From: Bacillota bacterium
GTDB taxonomy: Bacteria; Bacillota; Bacilli; Paenibacillales; Paenibacillaceae
Assembly (NCBI GenBank): GCA_023460795.1
Contig: JAEWPC010000026.1
Span: 2,989 to 66,988 of the forward strand
Direction of reading: 5' to 3'
Length of the DNA stretch: 64,000 bases
A model generated the notes under the pieces. That model was not told where the DNA came from. It saw only the letters and a program-made list of their open reading frames with translations, and did no database searches. Positions 21,617-36,555 of the stretch are shown here, piece by piece (position 1 is the stretch's first letter; each line of letters starts with the position of its first letter). A program made the position numbers and the translations under genes.

Positions 21617-21898
21617 TTATCGTTTGCCTGTCTTCTTGTCATCGTCGGTGTGGCCTTTGAACGTACGCGTAGGCGCGAATTCTCCGAGCTTGTGTCCGAC
21701 CATGTCCTCGGTTACGTATACTGGCACGTGCTTACGTCCGTCATACACGGCGAACGTATTGCCAACGAATTGAGGGAAGATCGTCGAACGACGAGACCAA
21801 GTTTTGATTACGGATTTCTTATTCGAATCGGATTGCTCTTCCACTTTTTTCAGCAGATAGCCATCCACGAAAGGTCCTTTTTTCAAACTGCGACCCAT
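21617..21898 (-). CDS. rpsS: 30S ribosomal protein S19
   Basis: RSLKKGPF and [11 protein letters not shown] motifs. Confidence 0.98.
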   Translation of the reverse strand: MGRSLKKGPFVDGYLLKKVEEQSDSNKKSVIKTWSRRSTIFPQFVGNTFAVYDGRKHVPVYVTEDMVGHKLGEFAPTRTFKGHTDDDKKTGKR

Positions 21899-21964
21899 GG
21901 AATGCTCCTCCCTTCACACGGCTTTTACGATCAACTAGCCCGTAGCGTTCACGCCGCTATGCAA

Positions 21965-22795
21965 TTACTTGCTGCGGCGACGAACGATGTATTGGCTCGA
22001 TGCTTTTTTCTTCTTGCGGGTTTTGTAACCAAGCGTTGGCTTGCCCCATGGAGAAAGCGGGGATTTGCGGCCGATTGGAGCGCGGCCTTCGCCACCACCG
22101 TGCGGGTGATCGACCGGGTTCATGACGACGCCGCGAACGACTGGGCGTTTGCCGAGCCAACGGTTACGTCCTGCTTTACCGATGTTGATCAACTCATGGT
22201 CTTGGTTACCTACCGTACCGATCGTAGCGCGGCATTGTTTGAGAATGCGGCGGATCTCGCCGGAAGCCAAACGAATCGTCACGTAAGTCGATTCTTTACC
22301 GAGCAACTGAGCTTCCGTACCTGCAGCGCGTACCAATTGGCCGCCTTTGCCTGGCTTCAGCTCGATGTTGTGGATCATCGTACCGACTGGAATGTTCTCC
22401 AGCGGAAGAGCGTTACCGATCTTGATGTCGGCGTCAGGACCGGAGAAGATTTGATCTCCAACCTTCAGGCCTTTAGGAGCGATGATGTATGCCTTCTCGC
22501 CGTCAACGTAGTTGATCAGTGCGATATAAGACGTACGGTTCGGATCGTATTCGATCGTAGCCACGCGGCCGGGAATGCCGTCCTTCGTGCGTTTGAAATC
22601 GATGATCCGGTATTTGCGTTTATGACCGCCGCCATGGTGGCGAACCGTCAATTTACCTTGATGGTTACGGCCGGCGCGCTTGCTCAGAGGTGCGAGCAAG
22701 GATTTCTCCGGCGTCGATGTCGTGATCTCTTCGAACGTCGAAACCGTCATTTGACGACGGCTTGGCGTTGTCGGATTAAACTTTTTAACTGGCAC
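21965..22795 (-). CDS. rplB: 50S ribosomal protein L2
   Basis: IEYDPNR and [13 protein letters not shown] motifs. Confidence 0.98.
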   Translation of the reverse strand: MPVKKFNPTTPSRRQMTVSTFEEITTSTPEKSLLAPLSKRAGRNHQGKLTVRHHGGGHKRKYRIIDFKRTKDGIPGRVATIEYDPNRTSYIALINYVDGEKAYIIAPKGLKVGDQIFSGPDADIKIGNALPLENIPVGTMIHNIELKPGKGGQLVRAAGTEAQLLGKESTYVTIRLASGEIRRILKQCRATIGTVGNQDHELINIGKAGRNRWLGKRPVVRGVVMNPVDHPHGGGEGRAPIGRKSPLSPWGKPTLGYKTRKKKKASSQYIVRRRSK

Positions 22796-22824
22796 TTGGT
22801 TTCCCTCCTTACTTTAAAGAGTAA

Positions 22825-23118
22825 TTACACCGATGCTTCGAAGAATTCGAGCGGTTTGCTATCTGCGGACAGCGTGACGAACGCTTTCTTCCATTCGGAA
22901 GTATATCCGCTGTGTCTGCCGTAGCGCTTAGGCTTAGCAGGAACGCGCAGCGTGTTAACGTTAACGACCTTAACTTTGAAGATCGCTTCGATCGCTTGCT
23001 TGATTTCCGTCTTGTTCGCTTTGAGGTCGACTTCGAACACGTATTTCTGTTGTTCGATGAACTCGCTCGTGCGCTCGGTAATTACCGGACGCTTGATCAC
23101 ATCGCGGGGGTTCTTCAT
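22825..23118 (-). CDS. rplW: 50S ribosomal protein L23
   Basis: RPVITE and WKKAFVTL motifs. Confidence 0.97.
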   Translation of the reverse strand: MKNPRDVIKRPVITERTSEFIEQQKYVFEVDLKANKTEIKQAIEAIFKVKVVNVNTLRVPAKPKRYGRHSGYTSEWKKAFVTLSADSKPLEFFEASV

Positions 23119-23741
23119 TACGCGAACACCTCCTCAACTTTAGCGACCGCTTCCTTCGTGATGATCAATTGATCATGTTTCAGGACGTCAAGCACGTTGA
23201 TTCCCTCTGCGGCGACGAATTTGACGCCTGGGATGTTGCGTGCGGACAGGGCCACATTGTTATCAAAGTCAGCGGTAACGACAAGCGCTTTGCGACCGAC
23301 TTTGAGGTTGTTCAGGATCTTCGCGAAGTCCTTCGTCTTAGGAGCGGACAAGCTCAGTTGATCCAGAACGATAATTTGATTCTCGATGACTTTGCTGGAC
23401 AAAGCCGATTTAATCGCCAGACGGCGAACTTTACGAGGCAATTTGAAACCGTAGCTGCGTGGCGTAGGTCCGAAGACGATACCGCCGCCCTTCCATTGCG
23501 GCGAACGAATGGAGCCTTGGCGAGCACGGCCGGTTCCTTTTTGTTTCCAAGGCTTGCGTCCGCCGCCGCTAACTTCCGAACGTCCTTTAACGTCGTGAGT
23601 TCCCGCGCGAAGCGAAGCTTGTTGAAGCAGCACGGCACTGTGCATAACGTGAGCGTTAGGCTGCAATCCGAAAATAGCTTCCGCCAATTCCAGTTCGCCA
23701 ACCGTTTTGCCCTCTACGTTGTATACAGATACTTTAGGCAT
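23118..23741 (-). CDS. rplD: 50S ribosomal protein L4
   Basis: [15 protein letters not shown] motif. Confidence 0.98.
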   Translation of the reverse strand: MPKVSVYNVEGKTVGELELAEAIFGLQPNAHVMHSAVLLQQASLRAGTHDVKGRSEVSGGGRKPWKQKGTGRARQGSIRSPQWKGGGIVFGPTPRSYGFKLPRKVRRLAIKSALSSKVIENQIIVLDQLSLSAPKTKDFAKILNNLKVGRKALVVTADFDNNVALSARNIPGVKFVAAEGINVLDVLKHDQLIITKEAVAKVEEVFA

Positions 23742-23771
23742 GAGTGGTCCTCCTTTCTAAATCGATGTGAA

Positions 23772-24392
23772 TTATTTCTTCACCGAAGAGCGAATTTTGA
23801 GATAGCTGTTGCGCGCGCCCGGTACGGAGCCCTTGATCAGAAGAACGTTACGCTCAACGTCGACTTTAACGACTTCGAGGTTCTGAACCGTGATCGTCTC
23901 GCTACCCATACGGCCGTGCATTTTCTTGCCTTTAGGTACGCGGTTAGCGTCGCGAATCGTAGCGAGCGAACCGTTACCGCGGTGGTATTTGGAACCGTGC
24001 GTCATTTTACCGCGTTGGAAGCCCCAACGTTTGATCGCGCCGGCCGTTCCTTTACCTTTGGAGATACCTGTTACGTCAACAAAAGCGCCTTCTGCGAATA
24101 CGTCAACTTTAACTTCCGCGCCGACTTCGAGGTCGGACGAACCGCTGATTTCGCGAATGAAGCGCTTGGGCGCCGTGCCTGCTTTTTTAGCATGGCCGAT
24201 GGCTGGTTTAGTCGCTAGCTTCTCGCGTTTGTCCGCGAAGCCGAGCTGGATTGCTTCGTATCCGTCGTTATCAGCGTCTTTCTTCTGAAGAACAACGTTC
24301 GGAGTTGCTTCAATAACCGTTACAGGCACGACGCTACCGTCTGCCGCGAAGATTTGAGTCATTCCGAGTTTACGTCCCAAGATTCCTGGCAT
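23772..24392 (-). CDS. rplC: 50S ribosomal protein L3
   Basis: [10 protein letters not shown] and [11 protein letters not shown] motifs. Confidence 0.98.
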   Translation of the reverse strand: MPGILGRKLGMTQIFAADGSVVPVTVIEATPNVVLQKKDADNDGYEAIQLGFADKREKLATKPAIGHAKKAGTAPKRFIREISGSSDLEVGAEVKVDVFAEGAFVDVTGISKGKGTAGAIKRWGFQRGKMTHGSKYHRGNGSLATIRDANRVPKGKKMHGRMGSETITVQNLEVVKVDVERNVLLIKGSVPGARNSYLKIRSSVKK

Positions 24393-24440
24393 GTTGACAC
24401 CTCTTTTCCTTCATAACTAGTTATGGTTGTTGAGTTCTTA

Positions 24441-24761
<321 letters not shown>

Positions 24762-24764
24762 TTA

Positions 24765-24925
24765 TTCGCCCAATTTTGGAATCGGACATACTCCGTGAGA
24801 ATAACCCGCCACATCCGGTTTACCACCCTATGGCAAAGGGGCCGGGTGTGTCGGCAACCTCTCACATCGACGCACAGTCACAGACCAACATTCACTATTA
24901 TAGCGATTCGCCTAAGTGAATGCAA
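24765..24925 (-). promoter_or_regulatory. S10 operon sigma-A promoter and structured 5' leader
   Basis: TTGCAT-N17-TATAAT (24925-24897); leader GAGAGGTTGCCGACACACCCGGCCCTTTGCCATAGG resembles Bacilli rpsJ leaders. Confidence 0.7.
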
Positions 24926-25080
24926 CAAAAATTTATTCATCTTTTCATGGCTTGTATATGCCGTAAAACCTTGATGTATAATGCTTTCAGAGTTTCGCTT
25001 GAGCGTTGGCAAACTCTTCTTTTAATGAAGAAACGCAAACCAGGTTAACCTTAATGTATACCGCGGAGGGAGAGATCGCC

Positions 25081-25779
25081 GTGCCGGAATGGTTTCAAGT
25101 CGGCTTGCGAACGATAACGGCTGTGCTTGTTTTGTTCATTTTGACGCGTCTTCTTGGCAAGAGACAAGTATCGCAGCTATCTACGTTCGAATACATCACG
25201 GGTCTATCGATCGGCAACTTGGCCGCGTATTTGTCCTTGGATACCGAAAGCCATTGGTCGCTCGGGCTAATCGCGATATCCGTATGGGTCGCCTTCTCGC
25301 TTGCCATCGAATGGATTCAGTTGAAAAGTAAACGCGGACGCGATCTAATCGACGGCAAAGCTACCGTACTTATCAAGAACGGCAAAATTCTCGAGAAAAA
25401 TCTACGCAAGGAGCGTACGACGTCCGACGAGCTGCTCGAGATGCTGCGGCGAAACAACGTATTTAACATCGACACGGTTGAATTCGCGATTCTGGATACA
25501 AGCGGGGAACTAAACGTATTATTGAAGAAAGAGCATCAGCCGCTGACTCCGAAAGACATCGGTTTAGCCGTCACTCCGGAAACTGCCCCGATGACCGTCA
25601 TTATGGACGGCAAAGTGCTAGCCGATTCGCTCAAGAAGGTCGGATTGAACGAAAACTGGCTGAATGCCAAACTCAAGCAACTGGGCACTTCACACGAACA
25701 TATCTATCTCGCTCAAGTCGATTCGCAGAACAAGCTATATCTGGATCCGTACGATCGTCCGACACATGGCGTGCATTAA
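25081..25779 (+). CDS. YetF/DUF421 family membrane protein
   Basis: LGKRQVSQLSTFEYI, LIKNGKILEKNLRK and AILDTSGELNV motifs; GTG start after GGAGGG. Confidence 0.85.
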   Translation: MPEWFQVGLRTITAVLVLFILTRLLGKRQVSQLSTFEYITGLSIGNLAAYLSLDTESHWSLGLIAISVWVAFSLAIEWIQLKSKRGRDLIDGKATVLIKNGKILEKNLRKERTTSDELLEMLRRNNVFNIDTVEFAILDTSGELNVLLKKEHQPLTPKDIGLAVTPETAPMTVIMDGKVLADSLKKVGLNENWLNAKLKQLGTSHEHIYLAQVDSQNKLYLDPYDRPTHGVH

Positions 25780-25866
25780 ATCTCCTAAAAAATAACATAC
25801 GATGAACATCAGCTCTTAACGTCCGCCATATAAATAAGACAGGCTGACCGAAAGGGCTGATTAGCG

Positions 25867-26466
25867 TTGCTCTCCATCTCCAAACTATTCGCGATCGTTA
25901 TTGGATGCTTGATGATCGCTGCCGGAATCGACTTCTTCCTCATGCCGATCAAAGTTCTGGACGGCGGCATCATCGGAATCGCTCTGATTGCCAACTACTT
26001 GTTCGAAGTTCGTGTAGGCTTTTTCTTGTTCTTGTGCAGCATCCCCGTATTCGTCTATGCGTGGTTTAAGGACAGGAAGATCGTGTATTACAGCCTTTAC
26101 GGGATGCTCTTCCTCTCTTACTTCATCGATATCCTCGAACCTTATATGTATCACTTCAGATACGAGTACCGAATGAATCCCTTCACGAGCTCACTCATCG
26201 GAGGGTTGCTGATCGGAACCGGATTCGGCCTCTTGCTTCGTTACGAAACGAGCACCGGCGGATTGGATCTTGTTGCGAAGTTGATAACGGACAACAGACG
26301 CATGAACGTCGGAGTGATCATATGGGGACTGGATGCGATCATCGTAAGCATCGGCGGCTTATTGTTCAACGCAGATACGTTCTTCCTCTCGGTCGCTACC
26401 GTAAGCGCAGGCGGAATTGCCACGAGCCTGTTAACAGCCTTTCCTCCAATTAAAAAGATAAAATAA
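25867..26466 (+). CDS. YitT/DUF161 family membrane protein
   Basis: LDGGIIGIAL and STGGLDL motifs; multiple TM segments. Confidence 0.82.
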   Translation: MLSISKLFAIVIGCLMIAAGIDFFLMPIKVLDGGIIGIALIANYLFEVRVGFFLFLCSIPVFVYAWFKDRKIVYYSLYGMLFLSYFIDILEPYMYHFRYEYRMNPFTSSLIGGLLIGTGFGLLLRYETSTGGLDLVAKLITDNRRMNVGVIIWGLDAIIVSIGGLLFNADTFFLSVATVSAGGIATSLLTAFPPIKKIK

Positions 26467-26496
26467 AAAAAAGCCCTCTGTCGCCAGAGGGCTTTT
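26465..26496. terminator. Bidirectional terminator between yitT-like gene and tuf
   Basis: A-tract, AGCCCTCTG-TCGC-CAGAGGGCT, T-tract. Confidence 0.85.
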
Positions 26497-26509
26497 GCTT
26501 GTACAGCGA

Positions 26510-27703
26510 TTACTTTTGGATGGAAGCAACTGCGCCAGCGCCAACCGTACGGCCGCCTTCGCGGATAGCGAAGCGAGTACCGTCTTCGATAGCGATTGGG
26601 GAGATCAGTTGAACCGTAACCGTGATGTTATCGCCCGGCATAACCATTTCCGTGCCTTCTGGCAGGTTGATGATGCCCGTAACGTCAGTCGTACGGAAGT
26701 AGAACTGTGGACGGTAGCCCGTGAAGAAAGGCTTATGACGGCCGCCCTCAGCGGAAGTCAGAACGTAGATTTGAGCCGTGAACTCAGTGTGTGGCTTAAC
26801 GGAACCCGTTTTAGCCAAAACTTGTCCGCGCTCGATATCTTTACGGTCAACGCCGCGAAGCAATGCGCCGATGTTGTCGCCAGCTTGCGCTTGGTCGAGC
26901 AATTTACGGAACATTTCAACGCCCGTAACAACCGTTTTGCGAGTTTCTTCGTGCAGACCAACGATTTCAACCTCGTCGCCTACTTTAACGATACCGCGCT
27001 CAACGCGACCCGTAGCAACCGTACCGCGACCGGTGATCGTGAATACGTCCTCGACTGGCATCAAGAAAGGCTTGTCAGTCGCGCGCTCAGGCGTTGGGAT
27101 GTAGCTGTCGATCGCTTCGAACAGCTCGATGATTTTGTCAGCCCAAGGGCCGTCTGGGTTTGCAAGAGCTTCACGAGCAGCGCCGCGGATGATTGGAGTG
27201 TCATCGCCCGGGAATTCGTACTCGCTAAGAAGGTCGCGAACTTCCATCTCAACAAGCTCAAGCAATTCTTCGTCTTCAACCATGTCGCATTTGTTCAAGA
27301 ATACGACGATGTAAGGAACGCCTACTTGGCGGGAGAGCAGGATGTGCTCGCGCGTTTGCGGCATTGGGCCGTCAGCAGCGGATACGACGAGGATTGCGCC
27401 GTCCATCTGAGCAGCACCGGTGATCATGTTCTTAACGTAGTCGGCGTGTCCAGGGCAGTCAACGTGAGCGTAGTGACGGTTAGGCGTCTCATACTCAACG
27501 TGAGCCGTGGAGATCGTGATGCCGCGCTCGCGCTCTTCTGGAGCTTTGTCGATTTGGTCGAACGCTACAGCAGCGCCGCTGCCGTATTTTTTGTTCAATA
27601 CCGTCGTGATTGCAGCAGTCGTCGTCGTTTTACCGTGGTCAACGTGACCGATCGTACCGATGTTAACGTGTGGTTTTGTACGTTCAAACTTAGCCTTTGC
27701 CAT
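26510..27703 (-). CDS. tuf: Elongation factor Tu
   Basis: [18 protein letters not shown] and NKCD motifs. Confidence 0.99.
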   Translation of the reverse strand: MAKAKFERTKPHVNIGTIGHVDHGKTTTTAAITTVLNKKYGSGAAVAFDQIDKAPEERERGITISTAHVEYETPNRHYAHVDCPGHADYVKNMITGAAQMDGAILVVSAADGPMPQTREHILLSRQVGVPYIVVFLNKCDMVEDEELLELVEMEVRDLLSEYEFPGDDTPIIRGAAREALANPDGPWADKIIELFEAIDSYIPTPERATDKPFLMPVEDVFTITGRGTVATGRVERGIVKVGDEVEIVGLHEETRKTVVTGVEMFRKLLDQAQAGDNIGALLRGVDRKDIERGQVLAKTGSVKPHTEFTAQIYVLTSAEGGRHKPFFTGYRPQFYFRTTDVTGIINLPEGTEMVMPGDNITVTVQLISPIAIEDGTRFAIREGGRTVGAGAVASIQK

Positions 27704-27799
27704 TGGTCAGTTCCTCCTTAATAAGGAAAAGAATTATATTATTTGGCGGGGAGGAGCGCTTATGCGGCGTTCCTCTTGCCCGACCACTTCCAACGATGC

Positions 27800-29878
27800 T
27801 TATTCTTTGCCTTTGTGCTTCGAGATGATCTCTTCGGCAATGTTCTTAGGCACTTCTTCGTAGTGGGACAGTTCCATCGAGAACACGCCGCGGCCTTGCG
27901 TACCGGAACGTAGCGTCGTGGAATATCCGAACATCTCGGAAAGCGGCACTTTCGCACGAATGATCTGAGCGCCGAAACGCATATCGGATCCTTCGATGCG
28001 TCCGCGACGAGAGCTCAGCATGCCCATTACGTCGCCGAAGTATTCTTCCGGCACCGTAACTTCGACTTTCATGATCGGCTCGAGCAAAATCGGCTTACAT
28101 TTTTCTTTAGCAGCTTTAAGCGCCATAGAACCTGCGATTTTGAACGCCATCTCATTGGAGTCGACGTCATGGTAAGATCCGTCGAATACGGTGGCTTTAA
28201 CGTCTACGAGCGGGAAGCCCGCCAAGACGCCGTTTTTCATCGATTCTTCGATACCTGCACCGATAGGAGCAATGTATTCTTTCGGAATCGAGCCGCCGAC
28301 GACTTTGCTTTCGAAGATGAAGCCGGTACCGGCTTCTTGCGGTTCGAACTCAACCCAACAATGGCCATATTGACCACGGCCGCCGGACTGACGAACGAAC
28401 TTGCCTTCGACTTTAGCCGCTACCGTGAACGTCTCGCGGTAAGCAACTTGCGGTTTACCGACGTTCGTCTCGACTTTGAATTCACGATTCATACGGTCAA
28501 CCATGATTTCCAAGTGGAGCTCGCCCATCCCGGAAATGATCGTTTGTCCCGTTTCTTCGTCCGTGTGTGCACGGAAAGTCGGATCTTCCTCCGTGAGCTT
28601 CTGGAGAGCGATACCCATCTTGTCTTGGTCGGCTTTAGTTTTAGGCTCGACCGCAAGCTGGATAACCGGCTCGGCGAAGTTCATGGATTCAAGGATAACC
28701 GGATTCTTCTCGTCGCACAACGTATCGCCGGTCGTCGTATCTTTGAGGCCTACGGCAGCAGCGATATCGCCTGCGTAAACTTCGCTGATTTCTTGACGGC
28801 TGTTCGCGTGCATTTGAAGAATACGTCCGATCCGCTCGCGTTTGCCTTTCGTTGCGTTCACGACGTAAGAGCCGGAAGTCAATACACCGGAGTATACGCG
28901 GAAGAACGTCAGCTTACCGACGAACGGGTCAGTCATGATTTTGAATGCCAACGCCGAGAACGGCTGGTTGTCATCCGATTTGCGAATCGTCTCCGTACCG
29001 TCTTCCAGGTGACCTTTGATGTCAGGAACATCCGTAGGAGCTGGGAGGTAAGCAACGACCGCATCCAACATCGGCTGAACGCCTTTGTTGCGGTAAGAAG
29101 AGCCGCAGACGACTGGGAAGATCTTAACTTCGCAGACGCCTTTACGGAGAGCAGCTTTCAGTTCCGGAATGGTGATTTCTTCGCCTTCCAGATACTTCAT
29201 CATGAGCTCTTCGTCAAGTTCAGCGACTTTCTCGACCAATTCCATGCGAAGCGCTTCTGCTTGATCTTTGAGATCGGCAGGAACTTCTTCCGTTACCGGA
29301 TCTTTGCCGAGATCGTCTTGGTATTTATAAGCGACCATCTCAACGAGGTCGATCATGCCTACGAAGTGGTTCTCTGCGCCGATTGGCAATTGGATGGCGA
29401 CAGCATTAGCGCCAAGACGTTCCTTCATGTCTTTAACGACGTTCAGGTAGTCTGCACCGATGATGTCCATTTTGTTAACGTAAGCGATACGTGGAACGCC
29501 GTAACGGTCGGCTTGGCGCCATACCGTCTCGGATTGCGGTTCAACGCCTTCTTTGGCACTGAACACGCCTACTGCTCCGTCCAATACGCGCAGAGAGCGC
29601 TCGACCTCTACCGTAAAGTCAACGTGACCCGGAGTGTCGATAATATTGATGCGATGGCCTTTCCACTGAGCAGTCGTTGCGGCAGACGTAATCGTGATGC
29701 CGCGCTCTTGTTCCTGTTCCATCCAGTCCATCGTCGCAGCGCCTTCATGCACTTCGCCGATTTTATGGGTACGGCCCGTGTAGAACAAGATCCGTTCTGT
29801 CGTCGTGGTTTTACCCGCATCAATATGCGCCATAATGCCGATGTTGCGCGTATTCTGCAAGGAGAACTCTCTTGGCAT
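27800..29878 (-). CDS. fusA: Elongation factor G
   Basis: [17 protein letters not shown] and GMGELHL motifs; 692 aa. Confidence 0.99.
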   Translation of the reverse strand: MPREFSLQNTRNIGIMAHIDAGKTTTTERILFYTGRTHKIGEVHEGAATMDWMEQEQERGITITSAATTAQWKGHRINIIDTPGHVDFTVEVERSLRVLDGAVGVFSAKEGVEPQSETVWRQADRYGVPRIAYVNKMDIIGADYLNVVKDMKERLGANAVAIQLPIGAENHFVGMIDLVEMVAYKYQDDLGKDPVTEEVPADLKDQAEALRMELVEKVAELDEELMMKYLEGEEITIPELKAALRKGVCEVKIFPVVCGSSYRNKGVQPMLDAVVAYLPAPTDVPDIKGHLEDGTETIRKSDDNQPFSALAFKIMTDPFVGKLTFFRVYSGVLTSGSYVVNATKGKRERIGRILQMHANSRQEISEVYAGDIAAAVGLKDTTTGDTLCDEKNPVILESMNFAEPVIQLAVEPKTKADQDKMGIALQKLTEEDPTFRAHTDEETGQTIISGMGELHLEIMVDRMNREFKVETNVGKPQVAYRETFTVAAKVEGKFVRQSGGRGQYGHCWVEFEPQEAGTGFIFESKVVGGSIPKEYIAPIGAGIEESMKNGVLAGFPLVDVKATVFDGSYHDVDSNEMAFKIAGSMALKAAKEKCKPILLEPIMKVEVTVPEEYFGDVMGMLSSRRGRIEGSDMRFGAQIIRAKVPLSEMFGYSTTLRSGTQGRGVFSMELSHYEEVPKNIAEEIISKHKGKE

Positions 29879-29918
29879 GCGGTGTTACTCCCTTCATATG
29901 ACTTGCTTCATGCAAATC

Positions 29919-30389
29919 CTACCAGCGGTAATGCGCGAACGCTCTGTTCGCTTCCGCCATCTTGTGCGTATCCTCGCGCTTCTTCACTGCAGCTCCCGTG
30001 TTGTTGGAAGCATCCAGGATTTCAGCTGCCAGACGTTCTTCCATCGTCTTCTCGCCGCGGTTGCGGGAGTAGTTGACGAGCCAACGCAGTCCGAGGGACG
30101 TACGGCGCTCAGGCTTAACCTCGATCGGTACTTGGTAGTTCGCACCACCGACGCGACGAGCTTTAACCTCGAGCACTGGCATGATGTTCTTGATAGCGGC
30201 TTCGAAGACCTCCATTGGATCTTTACCCGAACGCTCTTTAATCAAGTTGAATGCATCATACAGAAGTTGCGAAGCAACGCCTCTCTTACCGTCGATCATA
30301 ATGCGGTTGATAAGGCGCGTAACGAGCTTGCTGTTATATATCGGATCCGGGAGCACGTCCCGTTTCGTTACTGGTCCTTTACGTGGCAT
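29919..30389 (-). CDS. rpsG: 30S ribosomal protein S7
   Basis: [11 protein letters not shown] and AFAHYRW motifs. Confidence 0.98.
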   Translation of the reverse strand: MPRKGPVTKRDVLPDPIYNSKLVTRLINRIMIDGKRGVASQLLYDAFNLIKERSGKDPMEVFEAAIKNIMPVLEVKARRVGGANYQVPIEVKPERRTSLGLRWLVNYSRNRGEKTMEERLAAEILDASNNTGAAVKKREDTHKMAEANRAFAHYRW

Positions 30390-30461
30390 CGAAAATTCCT
30401 CCTTTCTCTTTGCTTGTGTTCATAAGGCACGGATTAAGCGATCAAGTCGCCAGCCGGCTTA

Positions 30462-30884
30462 TTAGGATTTCTTAGCTTTAGGTCTCTTCGTGCCGTATTT
30501 GGAACGAGCCTGCATCCGGTTGTTAACGCCTGCAGTATCCAATGCGCCGCGAACGATGTGATAACGAACCCCTGGAAGGTCTTTTACACGACCGCCGCGA
30601 ATAAGAACGACGCTGTGCTCTTGCAGGTTGTGACCGATACCTGGGATGTACGCTGTCACCTCGACACGGTTCGTTAGACGTACGCGTGCGTATTTACGAA
30701 GTGCAGAGTTCGGTTTCTTAGGCGTCATTGTGCCTACGCGAGTGCAAACACCGCGTTTTTGTGGCGCGCTCAAATCCGTTTCCTCACGCTTCAGGGCGTT
30801 GAAGCCTTTTTGCAGTGCAGGGGATTTCGATTTGACGACCTTCGGTTGACGGCCTTTACGTACGAGCTGGTTAATTGTTGGCAT
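30462..30884 (-). CDS. rpsL: 30S ribosomal protein S12
   Basis: [10 protein letters not shown] start; [10 protein letters not shown] and DLPGVRY motifs. Confidence 0.98.
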   Translation of the reverse strand: MPTINQLVRKGRQPKVVKSKSPALQKGFNALKREETDLSAPQKRGVCTRVGTMTPKKPNSALRKYARVRLTNRVEVTAYIPGIGHNLQEHSVVLIRGGRVKDLPGVRYHIVRGALDTAGVNNRMQARSKYGTKRPKAKKS

Positions 30885-31066
30885 GTTGCCACCCCCTTCC
30901 GATGATACATGCATGATAAAAAGTAATGAAGACGACACGACCGCTTCGCCGTTTGCGTAGTCCACAGACCCAGGCGGTTCATTTTGAGAGACGAGAAAGG
31001 GCTCGACCGGAATTCTTCCTTCAAGATTTGCACCTATCAAGACGAATCCGAGCCAAACCCAACAAC

Positions 31067-31111
31067 CTTATCCTCAACGATCGCAGCCATTGCTGCGCCG
31101 GCTTCAATGCC
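31067..31111 (-). pseudogene. ybxF: 3' remnant of the L7Ae-family gene ybxF
   Basis: Translates [15 protein letters not shown], matching the YbxF C-terminus (CGIEVGAAAVAI in B. subtilis) at the syntenic position; no RBS or N-terminal part upstream. Confidence 0.7.
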
Positions 31112-31174
31112 TATGCGCTTAGTCCATGCCTTTCGGCGGCCACAGAACGGCACACGTCCGGCACACACTAGAAC

Positions 31175-31203
31175 ATATTATCACTTCACTTTGCCCATGT
31201 CAA
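31175..31203 (-). promoter_or_regulatory. Sigma-A promoter of the str operon
   Basis: TTGACA-N17-TAATAT with TGn extension. Confidence 0.7.
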
Positions 31204-31218
31204 GGAATGATCTTACGC

Positions 31219-31923
31219 TTAGAACATCCTCTTTTTCATCCATCTGATAAATATATACTGCAGCGCGAATACGTAAATGAGGACGGCAGAGAAAGCGATC
31301 AGCGCTTCTTGTGCGTCGATGTCCGCGTCCTTATTGAGCATCGCCATGACGCGATACGTCGGAGGGATAAGCCAGGTGACGAAGGCGAAAGTATCCGGCA
31401 TCCGTTCCGTTATTCCCGAGCCCGCGAGCGATATCGATATGACGAGGAAAAGACCTAGAATCGAGTAGTTCAGCTTCGGAAACCATTTGGACGTAAACAT
31501 CGCCGTGATCGAGATGCCTAGATAAGAGAGCAACAAGTGGCTGACGAGACCGACTATGAATTGCTCTGCCGTCGGCTGCGCCGAAAACTTATCGAATACG
31601 ATCGGATAGACGGTCGTGCATAAAGCCAGCGCCGTACCGATCAACGCGATGACCGCCATTTTCGCCGCATAGTATTTGGTTATGTTGCCCAAGTGTAGAG
31701 CGGTAATCGCTTGCTGCGTACGATCCTCGACGTCGATGTAAGTGAAGCAAAGCCAAGCCATCGCGAGGAAAAGCACGGTCGACGTGAAGCCATAACTCGA
31801 GAGCACGGGGTTCGGTACGACGCCATAGATGAAAACAATAGCGGTCATATAGACGATTAACGGAGCGACATAGCGGTAGGAACGAAAGTAATAACGGAAT
31901 AAGTACGTCAAAGCTGCTCTCAT
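31219..31923 (-). CDS. ABC transporter permease (about 6 TM)
   Basis: Hydrophobic 234-aa ORF with ATGA overlap to the ABC ATPase. Confidence 0.8.
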   Translation of the reverse strand: MRAALTYLFRYYFRSYRYVAPLIVYMTAIVFIYGVVPNPVLSSYGFTSTVLFLAMAWLCFTYIDVEDRTQQAITALHLGNITKYYAAKMAVIALIGTALALCTTVYPIVFDKFSAQPTAEQFIVGLVSHLLLSYLGISITAMFTSKWFPKLNYSILGLFLVISISLAGSGITERMPDTFAFVTWLIPPTYRVMAMLNKDADIDAQEALIAFSAVLIYVFALQYIFIRWMKKRMF

Positions 31924-32765
31924 GATTCGCTGCCCGCCCCCTCGTCCCTGACGTAGGCAATCGATCCGCCTGCTTCGAGAATGGCACGGATAACGTTATC
32001 GGAATGCTTGCGCTCTACAAGCGCGACGCAATAACTTCCTTGCCTCTGAATCTCGCAAGCTATGTTCGCTTGTAGCGCGGACGGCTCGTGCAACATGAAT
32101 TCCAGCCTCTTCAGCGGTTCCCGCACCGGGCGATCGTCCAGCACGATCAGATTGCCGTCCCGGAGCTGAAGCGTCCGGTCTGCAACCCGATCGACGAACG
32201 ATGGTTCGTGGGTCGTCAACACGATTGCCTGCCCTTGCCACTTGGCCGCATCGAGCCCTGCTATGAGCTCCTCCTGTGCGTGATGATCGAGTCCGGAGAA
32301 CGGCTCGTCGAGCAACAGCAAATCCGGATTCGTCAACATCGATTGTATAAGGTTAACTTTCTGAAGCATTCCCTTGGAATAATGCTTCATCGTCCTTCGA
32401 TCGGAGGGAACAAGTCCGAATTGGAGGAGCAAGCGTTCTATTCTCCCTGAGAGCTCGCCGTCCGGGATGCCTTGCATCTTTCCCATACTGCGTAAATATT
32501 CGACGGCATTAAAGTTTAATTTAGGGAAACGTTCAGGTGCATAACCGATCGTTAACTTTCCCCCGCTCTTCTCGACGGCCCGCTGTCCTTTATCGAATTC
32601 TCCCAATCCGCTTAAGATCTTCAGCAGCGTGCTTTTACCGGAACCGTTCGCGCCGACGATCGCCACCGCGCGGCCCGGCTCGATTCGGAGCGATAGATCT
32701 TCCAGCACGTGCCTCCCTGCTATTGTTTTGGACACGCTGCGCAAGCTCAACAAGTACGAATCCAT
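31920..32765 (-). CDS. ABC transporter ATP-binding protein (exporter type)
   Basis: GANGSGKST Walker A, YSKGM signature, LLLLDEP Walker B and TTH switch. Confidence 0.92.
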   Translation of the reverse strand: MDSYLLSLRSVSKTIAGRHVLEDLSLRIEPGRAVAIVGANGSGKSTLLKILSGLGEFDKGQRAVEKSGGKLTIGYAPERFPKLNFNAVEYLRSMGKMQGIPDGELSGRIERLLLQFGLVPSDRRTMKHYSKGMLQKVNLIQSMLTNPDLLLLDEPFSGLDHHAQEELIAGLDAAKWQGQAIVLTTHEPSFVDRVADRTLQLRDGNLIVLDDRPVREPLKRLEFMLHEPSALQANIACEIQRQGSYCVALVERKHSDNVIRAILEAGGSIAYVRDEGAGSES

Positions 32766-32798
32766 AGGCTATGCCTCCATTTGAATCGCCTATCTAGC

Positions 32799-32828
32799 AA
32801 AAAAGCGGATACCCGAAGGTACCCGCTT
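32799..32828 (-). terminator. Intrinsic terminator after rpoC
   Basis: AAGCGGGTACC-TTCG-GGTATCCGC followed by T6. Confidence 0.8.
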
Positions 32829-32839
32829 AGTGGAAGGGA

Positions 32840-36463
<3,624 letters not shown>

Positions 36464-36555
36464 GGAGCAAGCCCTCCTTAATTTACCCCGCAAAGCCGCG
36501 CGACCGTTCTAAGCAGATCGCGACAGCCTTGCAGGGGCACCGATTAAAGGTTGAA

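Noticed and set aside
30462..31040. N-terminally extended S12 (192 aa) and streptomycin-resistance substitutions
   Set aside because: The canonical MPTINQL start has its own RBS; PKKPNS and RVKDLPG are wild type. Similar upstream extensions of rpoB, rplA, rplP and pssA are ORF-caller artefacts
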